Shown one piece after another: positions 1 to 9,841 of a stretch of 64,000 bases of DNA (position 1 is the stretch's first letter; every line of letters starts with the position of its first letter). Below the pieces are notes generated by a model. It was not told the origin of the DNA, ran no database searches, and saw only the letters and a list, made by a program, of their open reading frames with translations. The translations under genes were made by a program, and so were the position numbers. Origin of the DNA: Patescibacteria group bacterium (lineage in GTDB: Bacteria; Patescibacteriota; Patescibacteriia; Patescibacteriales; GWC2-42-12); assembly GCA_028707005.1 (NCBI GenBank), contig JAQTVB010000002.1, positions 121-64,120 of the forward strand, written 5' to 3'.

Positions 1-171
1 CTTTATGCCAAGGCTGATATTTCCCGAGGAGAGATGATAAAAAATGAAAGTTTGATAGAATTGCGTCCGGCGTTGGGGATTTTACCTAAATTTAAACCCG
101 AGATTATCGGTAAAAAATCCAAGCGCGACATCGCGGCCGGCGAAGTCATCAAATGGGAAGATATTGAATAA
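1..171 (+). CDS. 3' fragment of a NeuB/PseI/LegI-type nonulosonic-acid synthase (C-terminal SAF-like domain only; the gene starts left of the window)
   Basis: Frame 1 is open from base 1 to TAA at 169-171 (...RGEMIKNESLIELRPALGI...KRDIAAGEVIKWEDIE*). The tail resembles the SAF domain that ends NeuB-family enzymes. It is absent from the ORF track because it has no start. Confidence 0.5.
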   Translation, partial: LYAKADISRGEMIKNESLIELRPALGILPKFKPEIIGKKSKRDIAAGEVIKWEDIE

Positions 172-751
172 TCTTATGACCGATCAAGAAAAATTTATAG
201 CGCTATTGGGCAAAGAAGAATTAAAAAAATCCGATGCCATTGTTATGCTGGAGGGCGATGGGTATTTTCGCTGTAAACATGCCGCTGCGCTATATAAACA
301 GCGTTGGGCGAAAATCATTGTGATATCCGGAGGCATAACTAACCATCATTACGGCAGTTATCCGGCAAAAAAGCTTTGGCCGGAGCTGGCTAAATTAGGA
401 GTAAAAAGAAGCGACATGCTGTTGGATGAGGAGTCGATGAATACCAGAGAACAGGCGGTAAATATAATAAAACTGGCAACGGAAAAAAAATGGAAAAAAA
501 TTATTTTAGTCGCGTCCCATTATCATCAATATCGGGCTTTTTTAACTTTTTTGCAGGTACTCCGCGCCACCGGAGCGAAGCTTAGAATAATAAATTCGCC
601 GGCTAATGACCTGCCTTGGTTTCAAAATAATAAATGGGGCAGAAGGATAGATCTGCTAGAATCAGAATTTGAACAAATCAATATCTACAGAAAGAAAAAT
701 CATGTCGCATCTTACGCGGAGGCGTTGGCTTATTTTAAATCAAATGAATAG
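164..751 (+). CDS. DUF218/YdcF-like (ElyC/SanA family) protein
   Basis: 195-aa ORF overlapping the upstream stop by 8 nt. The IVISGG...NTREQA...LVASHYHQYRA layout is typical of DUF218 proteins. Confidence 0.55.
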   Translation: MNNLMTDQEKFIALLGKEELKKSDAIVMLEGDGYFRCKHAAALYKQRWAKIIVISGGITNHHYGSYPAKKLWPELAKLGVKRSDMLLDEESMNTREQAVNIIKLATEKKWKKIILVASHYHQYRAFLTFLQVLRATGAKLRIINSPANDLPWFQNNKWGRRIDLLESEFEQINIYRKKNHVASYAEALAYFKSNE

Positions 752-757
752 TTACTT

Positions 758-1387
758 ATGGAAATTAAAGAAGCGAAAAAAATATTTAAAGAAAATTTCA
801 TCGGGCCGGATGAACTTGATAAGATTGCCGATAAATTAAATTTTGCTCCCGCAATATCTTATGGAAAAATTCCCAAGATAAATTTTAACGATGAGCAATT
901 GAAAAAAGCAGCCAAAGATTATATTTTGATTTTGGGAATACCCAAAGCCGCCAACGGGGACAATCTAACCTTGAATTTGATGCGCGATTTTTTAGGCACC
1001 GACCCGGATGAAAAAGAGCCATGTTTTTACCACCAAGACTGGTATTTAAAAGAAAAATTCGCGGCGGAAACGAGCCTGAAATTCAACTGGCATTTAATCA
1101 AAAAAGAAGTGGAAAAAAAGACGCGAGGCCAGAATCCGGAGACAATGATAGGCGCGGCTTTCCCCTCGGCGATTTTAACCGCTTTTACCTTTTTTGCCTA
1201 TTATTATACAGCCGGCCAAATTTTATGGCGGCATGATTTTATCTGGTGCGCGGATAAAGATCATAACGGCGACAGGATTTATACCGGCAGATATGTTGAC
1301 CCTTACGGAATAAATAAAAAAGGTTTTAATATCCACAGGCATTTGTCCATACGGCCCTGTTACGGGCTTATCCCGGAAATTAAATGA
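758..1387 (+). CDS. hypothetical protein
   Basis: 209-aa ORF, 6 nt after the previous stop, same operon. No motif recognised. Confidence 0.45.
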   Translation: MEIKEAKKIFKENFIGPDELDKIADKLNFAPAISYGKIPKINFNDEQLKKAAKDYILILGIPKAANGDNLTLNLMRDFLGTDPDEKEPCFYHQDWYLKEKFAAETSLKFNWHLIKKEVEKKTRGQNPETMIGAAFPSAILTAFTFFAYYYTAGQILWRHDFIWCADKDHNGDRIYTGRYVDPYGINKKGFNIHRHLSIRPCYGLIPEIK

Positions 1388-1493
1388 TAGCGGCAATCGC
1401 TTATTCAAATTTAATATTTTTTTCGCGCCGGACAGCGGACGGAAAACGCGATTTAAGATTGATTGGAGAAGTTTATTCAAGAGCTAAAAAATT

Positions 1494-3323
1494 ATGAATA
1501 AACAGATTAAAAAAATATTAGGATTAAGCATCGGCGAATTATCAACCGCTTGTCTCATGATAGATGGAAAAATTATCGCTTGCGTGTCCGAGGAGAGGTA
1601 TACCCGACATAAGAATGATATGGCTTATCCAAAAAACGCGATTGAATATTGCCTTAAAACCGGGGGTATCAAAGGGGAGGAATTGGATATCGTCGCTATC
1701 GGGACTTTTAATGAGGGTGGTTACGCCCAGGTAACTAAAAAATTTTCAAATTTTTCCATTGAAGATTATGTGAGATCGCAAAGGGAATATTGGTATCCGA
1801 AAATTTATGAAAATAAAAAAGTTAGCTGGCTGGAAGTTTTTAAAGATAAACTTGATTACGATCAATATCCGGGCGGATGGGATAAGATAGATTTTACAAA
1901 CGAAGAAACCGAATGCCGAACCTACAAAGAATTTATCCGCGATATAATATCAAATCACATCGGGGTGGATAAAAGTAAAATAATTCGCCTGGACCACCAC
2001 ACCGCGCATGCGTTTTACGCTTATTTTGGCAGTCCGTTTAGAAATGAAGATTGTTTAATCTTCACGGCCGATGCTTATGGCGATGGATTAAGCGCCACCA
2101 TCAGCACCGTAAAAAACGGTGAAATAAGAAGAATAACCGAGAGTAAAACATTCAATCTCGCCAGGCTTTATCGGTATATAACGCTTTTGCTGGGCATGAA
2201 GCCAAACGAGCATGAGTATAAAGTTATGGGTTTGGCTCCTTATGCCAAGCCATATTACGCGAAGAAACCCTACGAAGTTTTTAAAGAGACCCTTTATGTT
2301 GACGGCCTGGAATTTAAGTATAAGGAAAAGCCGAAAGATCATTACTATTATTTTAAAGAAAAGTTAGAAGGCTGCAGATTCGATGGCATTGCCGGCGGAT
2401 TGCAAAAATATATTGAAGAGATTTTAACCCGATGGGTGAAGAATGCCGTTGGAAAAACAGGAATAAGAAAAGCGGTGTTCAGCGGCGGCATAGCGATGAA
2501 TATCAAGGCAATGAAAAAAATCGCCGAACTTCCGGAAGTGGAAAATTTTTTTGTTTGTCCAAGCGGAAGCGACGAATCTTTGGCGATCGGAGTTTGTTAT
2601 AAAGCAATGTACGATGCCTTGAAAGGAAATAACGGCCGAATTGACGCGACTTCAATAAAGCCCTTGGCTACGGTTTATCTAGGGCCGGAATTTTCCGATC
2701 AATGCGTTAAAAGCATGATTAAAGAGAAGGGTTTGGCCGGGAAATATAAAATTGATGTGGATATTTCGGCTAAAGAAGTGGCGCGCATGCTGGCTGATGG
2801 AAAAATTATCGGCCGGTGCGTCGGCAGAATGGAATTTGGAGCCAGGGCCCTAGGCAATAGATCGATTCTGGCTAACCCTAAATTTCCGAATATAGTTCAA
2901 AAGATTAACGAGAAAATAAAAAACAGAGATTTTTGGATGCCGTTTACCCCCAGTATTCTTTTTGAAAGAGCCAACGATTATCTCGTTAATCCAAAAAATA
3001 TTTTATCACCGTTTATGACCCTGGGGTTTGAAACTACGGGAAAAGCGCGCGAGGATCTGCTCGGGGCTTTGCATCCGGCGGATTTTACCGCTCGTCCCCA
3101 GCTTGTTAAAAAAGAAGACAACCCTGAATATTATCAGCTGATTAAAGAATTTGAAAATATTACCGGCGTGGGAGCGATTTTAAACACCTCGTTTAATTTG
3201 CACGGATTTCCTATCATTATGTCCCCGGCAGACGCCTGGCAGGTATTTGAGAATTCTGGCATAGATTCTGTTTTGTTAAATAAAATTTTGATAACCAAAA
3301 AGCATTATGAAAAAAATTATTAA
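1494..3323 (+). CDS. carbamoyltransferase (NodU/CmcH family)
   Basis: 609 aa. N-terminal ASKHA-like half with LDHHTAHA and a C-terminal NodU-type half (ILNTSFNLHGFPI). Length and order fit O-carbamoyltransferases. Confidence 0.85.
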   Translation: MNKQIKKILGLSIGELSTACLMIDGKIIACVSEERYTRHKNDMAYPKNAIEYCLKTGGIKGEELDIVAIGTFNEGGYAQVTKKFSNFSIEDYVRSQREYWYPKIYENKKVSWLEVFKDKLDYDQYPGGWDKIDFTNEETECRTYKEFIRDIISNHIGVDKSKIIRLDHHTAHAFYAYFGSPFRNEDCLIFTADAYGDGLSATISTVKNGEIRRITESKTFNLARLYRYITLLLGMKPNEHEYKVMGLAPYAKPYYAKKPYEVFKETLYVDGLEFKYKEKPKDHYYYFKEKLEGCRFDGIAGGLQKYIEEILTRWVKNAVGKTGIRKAVFSGGIAMNIKAMKKIAELPEVENFFVCPSGSDESLAIGVCYKAMYDALKGNNGRIDATSIKPLATVYLGPEFSDQCVKSMIKEKGLAGKYKIDVDISAKEVARMLADGKIIGRCVGRMEFGARALGNRSILANPKFPNIVQKINEKIKNRDFWMPFTPSILFERANDYLVNPKNILSPFMTLGFETTGKAREDLLGALHPADFTARPQLVKKEDNPEYYQLIKEFENITGVGAILNTSFNLHGFPIIMSPADAWQVFENSGIDSVLLNKILITKKHYEKNY

Positions 3324-4521
3324 ACGCGTCGGCAACAAAGAGTTGCAATATGTAAAAGAAGTATTGGCTACGAATTTTCGCACTTCGGCCGGATGCAATA
3401 TGATCGGTAGATTTGAAGAAGCTTTTGCTAAAAAATTCGGCGCGAAGTTCGCCGTCGCTCACGTTAACGGAACTTGTACTTTGCATTCCGCTTTATATGC
3501 GGCTGGCGTAAAACCGGGAGACGAAGTGATTGTCCCGCCTTTAACCATGGCTTCAACCACCATGGCCGTTCTCCAGCAGGACGCGATACCGATTTTTGCC
3601 GATGTGATTGAAGATACCTTCGTCATCAATCCGGCCTCGATTGAAAAGTTAATCACGCCGAGAACTAAGGCGATTATAACAGTCGCCTTATACGGCCTTG
3701 CGCCAGACCTGGATGCGATAATGAAAATTGCGCGCAAGCATAATCTCCTTGTGATTGAAGATAACGCTCAATGCTTTTTGGGAAAATATAAAAATCAGCT
3801 GGTCGGAAACATTGGCGATTTTGCCAGTTTTAGTTTTCAAAATAGCAAACACATGTCTTCGGGAGAGGGCGGAGTGGTGCTTACAGACAGGCGGGAATTT
3901 GCTGAAAAATTAAGAAAATTTTCAGTTTTAGGCTATGCCGCGGTGAGCGCCAAAAAAGGAAAAATCGCAAAAAATGATATTCAAAATCCAAATTATGATC
4001 GCCATGTCTCTTTGGGGTATAATTACCGTATGCCCGAATTATGCGCCGCTGTGGCGCTGGGCCAGCTAGAGCATCTTGAAGAATTAGTACAGCGCCGGAT
4101 TGACGCGGCTAACTTATTTTTAAAGCCAATGAAAGGGATAAGCTGGCTGAAGCCGCAGCAAACCCCCGCCGGATGTAGAAATTCCTATTGGTCGCTGGCG
4201 GTGCGGTTGGTTCATCCGCGAATAAAGTGGGCTGATTTCAGGAAAAAATTTATGGAGTTCGGCGGCGACGGGATTTACGCCGCCTGGAAATTGACTTATT
4301 TGGAGCCGATGTTCCAACGTTTGGATTTTTCCGGCAAAGAAATTGTCATCAATAAGTTGTATCAGGGCCAATTGCAGGAATATAAGCGCGGCTTATGTCC
4401 GGTAGCGGAAAAAGTTCAGCCGCAGATTCTAGCCTTCAAAACCAATTATTGGGATTGGCGAAAGGCCTTAAAACAAGCCGAGATATTAAAAAAAACCATC
4501 AAATTTTATGATCAACGGTAA
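3307..4521 (+). CDS. DegT/DnrJ/EryC1/StrS-family PLP-dependent sugar aminotransferase
   Basis: 404 aa. Contains VIEDNAQCF and SFSFQNSKHMSSGEGG (PLP lysine context). Overlaps the upstream gene by 17 nt. Confidence 0.85.
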   Translation: MKKIIKRVGNKELQYVKEVLATNFRTSAGCNMIGRFEEAFAKKFGAKFAVAHVNGTCTLHSALYAAGVKPGDEVIVPPLTMASTTMAVLQQDAIPIFADVIEDTFVINPASIEKLITPRTKAIITVALYGLAPDLDAIMKIARKHNLLVIEDNAQCFLGKYKNQLVGNIGDFASFSFQNSKHMSSGEGGVVLTDRREFAEKLRKFSVLGYAAVSAKKGKIAKNDIQNPNYDRHVSLGYNYRMPELCAAVALGQLEHLEELVQRRIDAANLFLKPMKGISWLKPQQTPAGCRNSYWSLAVRLVHPRIKWADFRKKFMEFGGDGIYAAWKLTYLEPMFQRLDFSGKEIVINKLYQGQLQEYKRGLCPVAEKVQPQILAFKTNYWDWRKALKQAEILKKTIKFYDQR

Positions 4522-5281
4522 AAAGGTGGTAGCCACGATTGAAGCCAGAATGAGCGCTACCCGCTTGCCAGGGAAAGTTTTACTGCCTTTGGCCGGCGCA
4601 CCGGTTTTAACCAGAATAATCGAAAGATTAAATCGAAGCAAATATATTGATGAAATTTGCGTTGCCACCACCGTTAACCCGGCTGATGATGCCATTATAA
4701 AACTCTGCGAAGAAAAAAAGTATGAATATTTCAGAGGCAGTGAAGATGACGTGCTGGCAAGAGTTTTACGAACAGCTGAAATGTGCCGAGCGGAAATTAT
4801 TGTTGAAGGCATGGCCGATAGTCCGCTGGTTGACTGGCGGCAGGTTGATTATTTGCTTAATATGCTGGTAGACGGCAAATATGACTATGTCTCAAATGAA
4901 ATCGGTGAGACTTTTTCTCTAGGCTTTGACATGAGAGTCTTCCCTTACTCGGTTCTTAAAGAAACGGAAAGCCTGGTTACTGATCCGGAGCATCATGAGC
5001 ATGTTGCTTTGTATATTTATACCCACCCGGAAAAATATAAAATTGGGATTTGGAACGCGGCCGGGAAAATGCGCTGGCCGGAACTGCGCTTGACGCTGGA
5101 CACGCCAAAGGACTATGAATTGATCCGTAGAGTTTATGATAATTTTTATCCGCATAATCCCGATTTTTCGGCTGAAGACGTGGTTGACTACTTAAAGGGC
5201 AAGCCCGAATTATACAATCTTAATGCCGATATAAAGCAAAAAAAACCTTATGCCGGTAATATTGAAAAAAATAAAATATAA
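4508..5281 (+). CDS. SpsF-like cytidylyl/glycosyl transferase (CMP-NeuAc-synthetase fold)
   Basis: 257 aa. The N-terminal VVATIEARMSATRLPGKVL motif is typical of SpsF-type nucleotidyltransferases. Overlaps the upstream stop. Confidence 0.65.
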   Translation: MINGKKVVATIEARMSATRLPGKVLLPLAGAPVLTRIIERLNRSKYIDEICVATTVNPADDAIIKLCEEKKYEYFRGSEDDVLARVLRTAEMCRAEIIVEGMADSPLVDWRQVDYLLNMLVDGKYDYVSNEIGETFSLGFDMRVFPYSVLKETESLVTDPEHHEHVALYIYTHPEKYKIGIWNAAGKMRWPELRLTLDTPKDYELIRRVYDNFYPHNPDFSAEDVVDYLKGKPELYNLNADIKQKKPYAGNIEKNKI

Positions 5282-6569
5282 AATAAAAGATGTTTCCGTC
5301 CGGTTTTTAATTAAGCTTAGCTTATTTTTGAATTGGCCCGATCTTGCCGCCCTGGCCCTTTGGCTGGCTGCTAAAACGATGAACCCGAAATGCCGCGGCA
5401 ACTATACGGTTTTAGGCATGGGTAGAAGCGTTTTTATTGACGATATCAGGGCGATGATGACTTACAGCGGGCGCATAAAATATATTGTCATTTGGCGGAC
5501 GTATTTTCAAATAATTTTTTATTATTTTATTAAAGGTTCGGAGGCGGAAAAATTAACGGAGGAAAATTATCACACTCATGATTTCTGTAAACAGGGAAAA
5601 AAAAATTATTATTTATTTTTGAAGAAAATGTTTCCCCGGCTGCGTAAATTAATTAATTTTGACGCGATCTTGTGCGGTAATTTCGGCTACCCCGACCAGC
5701 AGGAAGTTGAAAAAGTGTGCGAGGAAGATAGCATTCCTTACATCGTTTTACACAAAGAGGGGCTGCTGCCCGGCGACGCCCAGGCCACGCGAGCGGATAG
5801 AAACTTAGCCAGTTATAAATTCAGAGGAACCGCGATGCTGGTTTACAGCCAAAAAGTAAAAGACGAACTGCTGAAGAGCGATTTTTCCAATTTTTCCGAT
5901 CTGGCCGAAAATCGATTAATAGTAGTTGGCATGCCCAGATTGGATGAGTATTTTGCCTTAGCGAAAGACAATAAAGATTTAAAAAAGCAAGTCTTGTTTT
6001 TTTCCTTTCATCCGGACGAGAAATTTGTATATTTGATAGATGATAAGGAAAAGATGAAGCGGGCGTATGAACGGACCGCCGCTTTCCATAAATGGGTTAT
6101 TAATTTTGCTTTTAAACATCCCGAAATTGACGTGAAAATCAAAGTAAAAATGGCTCCCCACTATACTGAATATTTGAAGAAAATTTTTAACGATAATTTT
6201 AAAGGCGATATTAAAAATTTAGAGATTATACATTTTAGAGACGCGTTTGATTTAATAAAAAATTCTACCGTAGTGATTTCCCATCTTTCCACTACCTGCC
6301 TGATGGCGATAGCGGCTAATAAACCGCTGATTACGCCTTATTTCGGCGATTTAATTACTGACAGAGAGTGGGATTATTTTACTGATTATCCGGAGTTGGC
6401 GAATTACGCGAAAACAGAGGAGGATCTGGAAAAGCATCTCTTGAATTCTGATAAATACCAGGTTGCCGATTTAGCCGGTAAAAATGAATTCCTGGAGGAT
6501 TTTTTAGGAAATTGCGACGGGCGGTCCAGCCTTAGAGCCGAAAACGCAATAATAAATATAATCAAATAA
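5250..6569 (+). CDS. hypothetical protein, possibly a GT-B/capsule-type transferase
   Basis: 439-aa ORF. The C-terminal half (VVISHLSTTCLMAIAANKPLITPYFGD) resembles Rossmann-type polysaccharide transferases. The start is uncertain (32-nt overlap with the upstream gene). Confidence 0.35.
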   Translation: MPVILKKIKYKIKDVSVRFLIKLSLFLNWPDLAALALWLAAKTMNPKCRGNYTVLGMGRSVFIDDIRAMMTYSGRIKYIVIWRTYFQIIFYYFIKGSEAEKLTEENYHTHDFCKQGKKNYYLFLKKMFPRLRKLINFDAILCGNFGYPDQQEVEKVCEEDSIPYIVLHKEGLLPGDAQATRADRNLASYKFRGTAMLVYSQKVKDELLKSDFSNFSDLAENRLIVVGMPRLDEYFALAKDNKDLKKQVLFFSFHPDEKFVYLIDDKEKMKRAYERTAAFHKWVINFAFKHPEIDVKIKVKMAPHYTEYLKKIFNDNFKGDIKNLEIIHFRDAFDLIKNSTVVISHLSTTCLMAIAANKPLITPYFGDLITDREWDYFTDYPELANYAKTEEDLEKHLLNSDKYQVADLAGKNEFLEDFLGNCDGRSSLRAENAIINIIK

Positions 6570-6617
6570 TTCAACTGGCGCTTGGCCGTTAAGGCTTATG
6601 GCGGTAAAATATAAAAT

Positions 6618-8093
6618 ATGCCAAACTATGACGCGAAAAAAAAGGGCAGCATACTTTTTATAGTGCCAGACACTTATCAGGATGACAATTATTTTCCTCT
6701 TGGACCGGCTTATCTGGCTTCGGTTTTAAGGTTGGCCGGCCATAAAGTGGAAATATATTCTCAAGATATTTTTCACCAGCCTAACGAAGAATTAGCCGAT
6801 TATTTAGACAACAATAATTTTGATGCAGTAGGCGTTGGTTTTCTGGCCGCCAGATACGTAGAAACAATGCGCCCGTTGGCAAGCATTGTTAATGGGCATA
6901 AAAAGAAGGCCAAATTTATTTTAGGCGGACACGGGCCAACGGCTATTCCGGAATATATTCTAAAGGATACGGCGGCGGACATCATAGTGCTTGGCGAGGG
7001 CGAGAAGGTTATCGCCCCGCTGGTCGACGACATACTTAACCGGAAAGATTTAAGAAAAAGAGACGGCATCGCTTTTAGGGTGGGTAACAAGGTAATCGTC
7101 AACAAGAGCGTAGCTCCCATAGCAAATTTAGACGAGATTCCTTTTCCGGCCTGGGATTTATTTCCCATAGAAAAATATTTCGACCGTTCCTTGTTCATCG
7201 GCAGCGAACCCGATGATAAAGTTTTTCCCATCGCCACCTCAAGAGGGTGCGTTGGCCGGTGCAGTTTTTGCTATCGCATGGAAAAAGGGATAAGATTAAG
7301 AAGTTTGGATAATATATTCAAGGAAATGAAATTGCTTAATTCCAGGTATGGCATAACTTATTTCCGTTTCAGCGATGAAATGCTGCTGCCTAGCCTAAGC
7401 CGAATAAAAGAGTTTGTTTTAATGCTTAAAAAATTAAAAATACCGGTAAAATATTCTTGCAACGCGCGGGTAGAGTTGGCTAAAAATAAAGAAATTTTAA
7501 AGATGCTTAAAGCCTCCGGTTGTAAATTTTTAAATTTAGGCTTAGAGTCGCTCAATCAAAACGTTTTAAATTTAATGGGCAAGCGCACTACGGTTGAAGA
7601 TAATTATCGGGCGGTTGAAAATACCATAGCAGCGGGGATACACCCGGGATTAAATTTTATTTGGGCAAATCCCGGCGATACCAGAAAAAGTTTACGGGAT
7701 ATTGTGAAATTTTTGATTAAGTATGATACTCTGGGGCAATTAAGAACCGTCAGGCCGCCGACGCCTTTTCCCGGCAGTCCGTTATATTATCAGGCCATCC
7801 AGGATAAAAAATTAGCCGGTCCGGCGGATTTTTTTGACAAATTTAAGAATTCGGAAAGATTGACTGTCAATTTTACCGATTTGCCCGATGATGAAGTTTA
7901 CTCGGCGCTCTTCGCGGCAAATTCCTTTTTGATTAAGAATCATTTTAATAAGCGAGTAAAGCTATTTAAAGAAAACAAGAAAGCCTGCAGCCTAAAAGCC
8001 GAAGCGATGATAGATTCTTTTAAAAGGGTTTATTTTCCCAAAACAGAGGCAGATCTGAAGTTCAGGGGCAGCCGACATTATTTAAAGAAATAG
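6618..8093 (+). CDS. B12-binding-domain radical SAM enzyme (class B, likely C-methyltransferase-type)
   Basis: 491 aa. N-terminal cobalamin-binding-like region followed by a CVGRCSFC (CX3CX2C) radical SAM cluster motif. Confidence 0.85.
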   Translation: MPNYDAKKKGSILFIVPDTYQDDNYFPLGPAYLASVLRLAGHKVEIYSQDIFHQPNEELADYLDNNNFDAVGVGFLAARYVETMRPLASIVNGHKKKAKFILGGHGPTAIPEYILKDTAADIIVLGEGEKVIAPLVDDILNRKDLRKRDGIAFRVGNKVIVNKSVAPIANLDEIPFPAWDLFPIEKYFDRSLFIGSEPDDKVFPIATSRGCVGRCSFCYRMEKGIRLRSLDNIFKEMKLLNSRYGITYFRFSDEMLLPSLSRIKEFVLMLKKLKIPVKYSCNARVELAKNKEILKMLKASGCKFLNLGLESLNQNVLNLMGKRTTVEDNYRAVENTIAAGIHPGLNFIWANPGDTRKSLRDIVKFLIKYDTLGQLRTVRPPTPFPGSPLYYQAIQDKKLAGPADFFDKFKNSERLTVNFTDLPDDEVYSALFAANSFLIKNHFNKRVKLFKENKKACSLKAEAMIDSFKRVYFPKTEADLKFRGSRHYLKK

Positions 8094-8135
8094 CTTCAAG
8101 GAAAGCAGAAATCATTTAGTCATAACTAATCAAAT

Positions 8136-9023
8136 ATGAAGACGAAAAATAAAATCAAAGATTTGTTGATTGAATTGGGGATTTGCAGCAGTGAAACGAT
8201 AGCGCCTTATTTTCCAAAAGTTCGCGACCGCGACGATGTGGCTGTTTTAAAATGCGGAAAATCAGGCGTAATATTTTTGTCACGCTCAGACCATATGGAT
8301 ATTTCGCATTATTCAGAAAAGCCAGGCTTCAGCTATCAAGGCGCGCCGGACAGAAAAACAGCTTTAGTTTCCAAAATGGAAGATACCCAACGCCGGTATG
8401 ATCAATTTAAAATGCTGATTTCCAATAAAAAATGGCTGGATATAGGAACGGGTGTTGGCGGAATACTAGATTTATTGTCGCCGGTTGCCTTAGAAACCGA
8501 GGCCGTGGAACCTCAAGACGTCGCGCGCAAATGTTTATCCGATTTAGGATATAAAGTTTATTCGTCAATAGAAGATGCCCGGGATGACAACTATGAGGTT
8601 ATTACGCTGTTTCATGTCTTAGAACATTTTACCGACCCCATAGATACGTTGATTACTATAAGAAAAAAGATGGTCAAGGGGGCTAAAATCATTATTGAAA
8701 TACCGCATGCGCGTGATTTTTTAATTTCTTTCTTCGAGCATGAAGCTTTTAAGTCTTTTACATTTTGGAGCGAACACTTGATACTCCATACCAGAGAAAG
8801 CATAGCGAAGTTTTTAGCCAAAGCCGGTTTTTCCAATATAATAGTCAATGGTTATCAGAGATATCCGTTGGCCAATCATCTTTATTGGTTATCGAAAAAT
8901 AAGCCCGGCGGTCATATCTCTTGGCCTTACTTAAGGACGGCCGCGCTGGATCGCGAGTACGCCAATATGTTAGCCGCGATTGATAAAACGGATACCTTAA
9001 TAGTAACCGCGGAAAAATTATGA
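8136..9023 (+). CDS. class I SAM-dependent methyltransferase
   Basis: 295 aa. Contains a WLDIGTGVGG glycine-rich SAM motif and FHVLEHF. Confidence 0.75.
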   Translation: MKTKNKIKDLLIELGICSSETIAPYFPKVRDRDDVAVLKCGKSGVIFLSRSDHMDISHYSEKPGFSYQGAPDRKTALVSKMEDTQRRYDQFKMLISNKKWLDIGTGVGGILDLLSPVALETEAVEPQDVARKCLSDLGYKVYSSIEDARDDNYEVITLFHVLEHFTDPIDTLITIRKKMVKGAKIIIEIPHARDFLISFFEHEAFKSFTFWSEHLILHTRESIAKFLAKAGFSNIIVNGYQRYPLANHLYWLSKNKPGGHISWPYLRTAALDREYANMLAAIDKTDTLIVTAEKL

Positions 9024-9823
9024 ATAACAACCGACAATTTGAACAAAAATGGGCCGAAGCAAAAAAGAAAAAGGCGGGCGAGGAATCCGATGTCTATGTG
9101 CCGGTCGGACGGAAACCCGCAACCCAGCGGCAATTCAATCTTTATCATTTTTTTGAATATATCGGCCGCCAGGCGGAAAAATACGGTTCTAAGAATTCTT
9201 TAGAGGTAGGTTGCGGCCGAGGAACAATATCGTTGTATTTAAATAAATATTTGAATTTGCGGGTAACGGCCACGGATATTTCCGATAAGTCGGTGGCTTT
9301 GGCGCGAGAGAATTTCGCCAATCACCATGGCCTGGGCGAAATCATTAAAGCGGATGCTGAAAAATTGCCTTTTGCCGACAACAGTTTTGATTTAGCCGTT
9401 TCTATTGGTTTGGCTGAACATTTTAAAGATTATAGCCGGGTTTACGCCGAACAATATCGGGTATTAAGGCCGGGCGGAGTGATGATTTCTTTAAATGTTC
9501 CCAAAAAGAAATCAATTCAAATTTTCAATGATATTTTTCGGTATTTCAAAAAAATTTCCGGTTCAAAATTGAAAGAAGATTATTTTCGCAACGCGGATAA
9601 GCCAAAAGATTATAGCAAAGCGGCGGAAAAAGTCGGTTTTCAAAAAGTAGATACTTTTTACGTAAGTTCTTTTCCGCTGTTTACGCCGGTTGGCCAAAAA
9701 GCAGAAAAAGTTTTGGCTGATTTTTATAATTTTGTTTATAAATTGCGCGGCCTGGTCATGCCCTATCCTTTTAAAGGTTCAAAATTGTTGGCGCAGGCGC
9801 ATTTTTTAACAGCGAAAAAATAA
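9020..9823 (+). CDS. class I SAM-dependent methyltransferase
   Basis: 267 aa. Contains LEVGCGRGT motif I and LRPGG. 4-nt start/stop overlap with the upstream gene. Confidence 0.8.
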   Translation: MNNNRQFEQKWAEAKKKKAGEESDVYVPVGRKPATQRQFNLYHFFEYIGRQAEKYGSKNSLEVGCGRGTISLYLNKYLNLRVTATDISDKSVALARENFANHHGLGEIIKADAEKLPFADNSFDLAVSIGLAEHFKDYSRVYAEQYRVLRPGGVMISLNVPKKKSIQIFNDIFRYFKKISGSKLKEDYFRNADKPKDYSKAAEKVGFQKVDTFYVSSFPLFTPVGQKAEKVLADFYNFVYKLRGLVMPYPFKGSKLLAQAHFLTAKK

Positions 9824-9841
9824 TTATTAATCGCAAAAAAT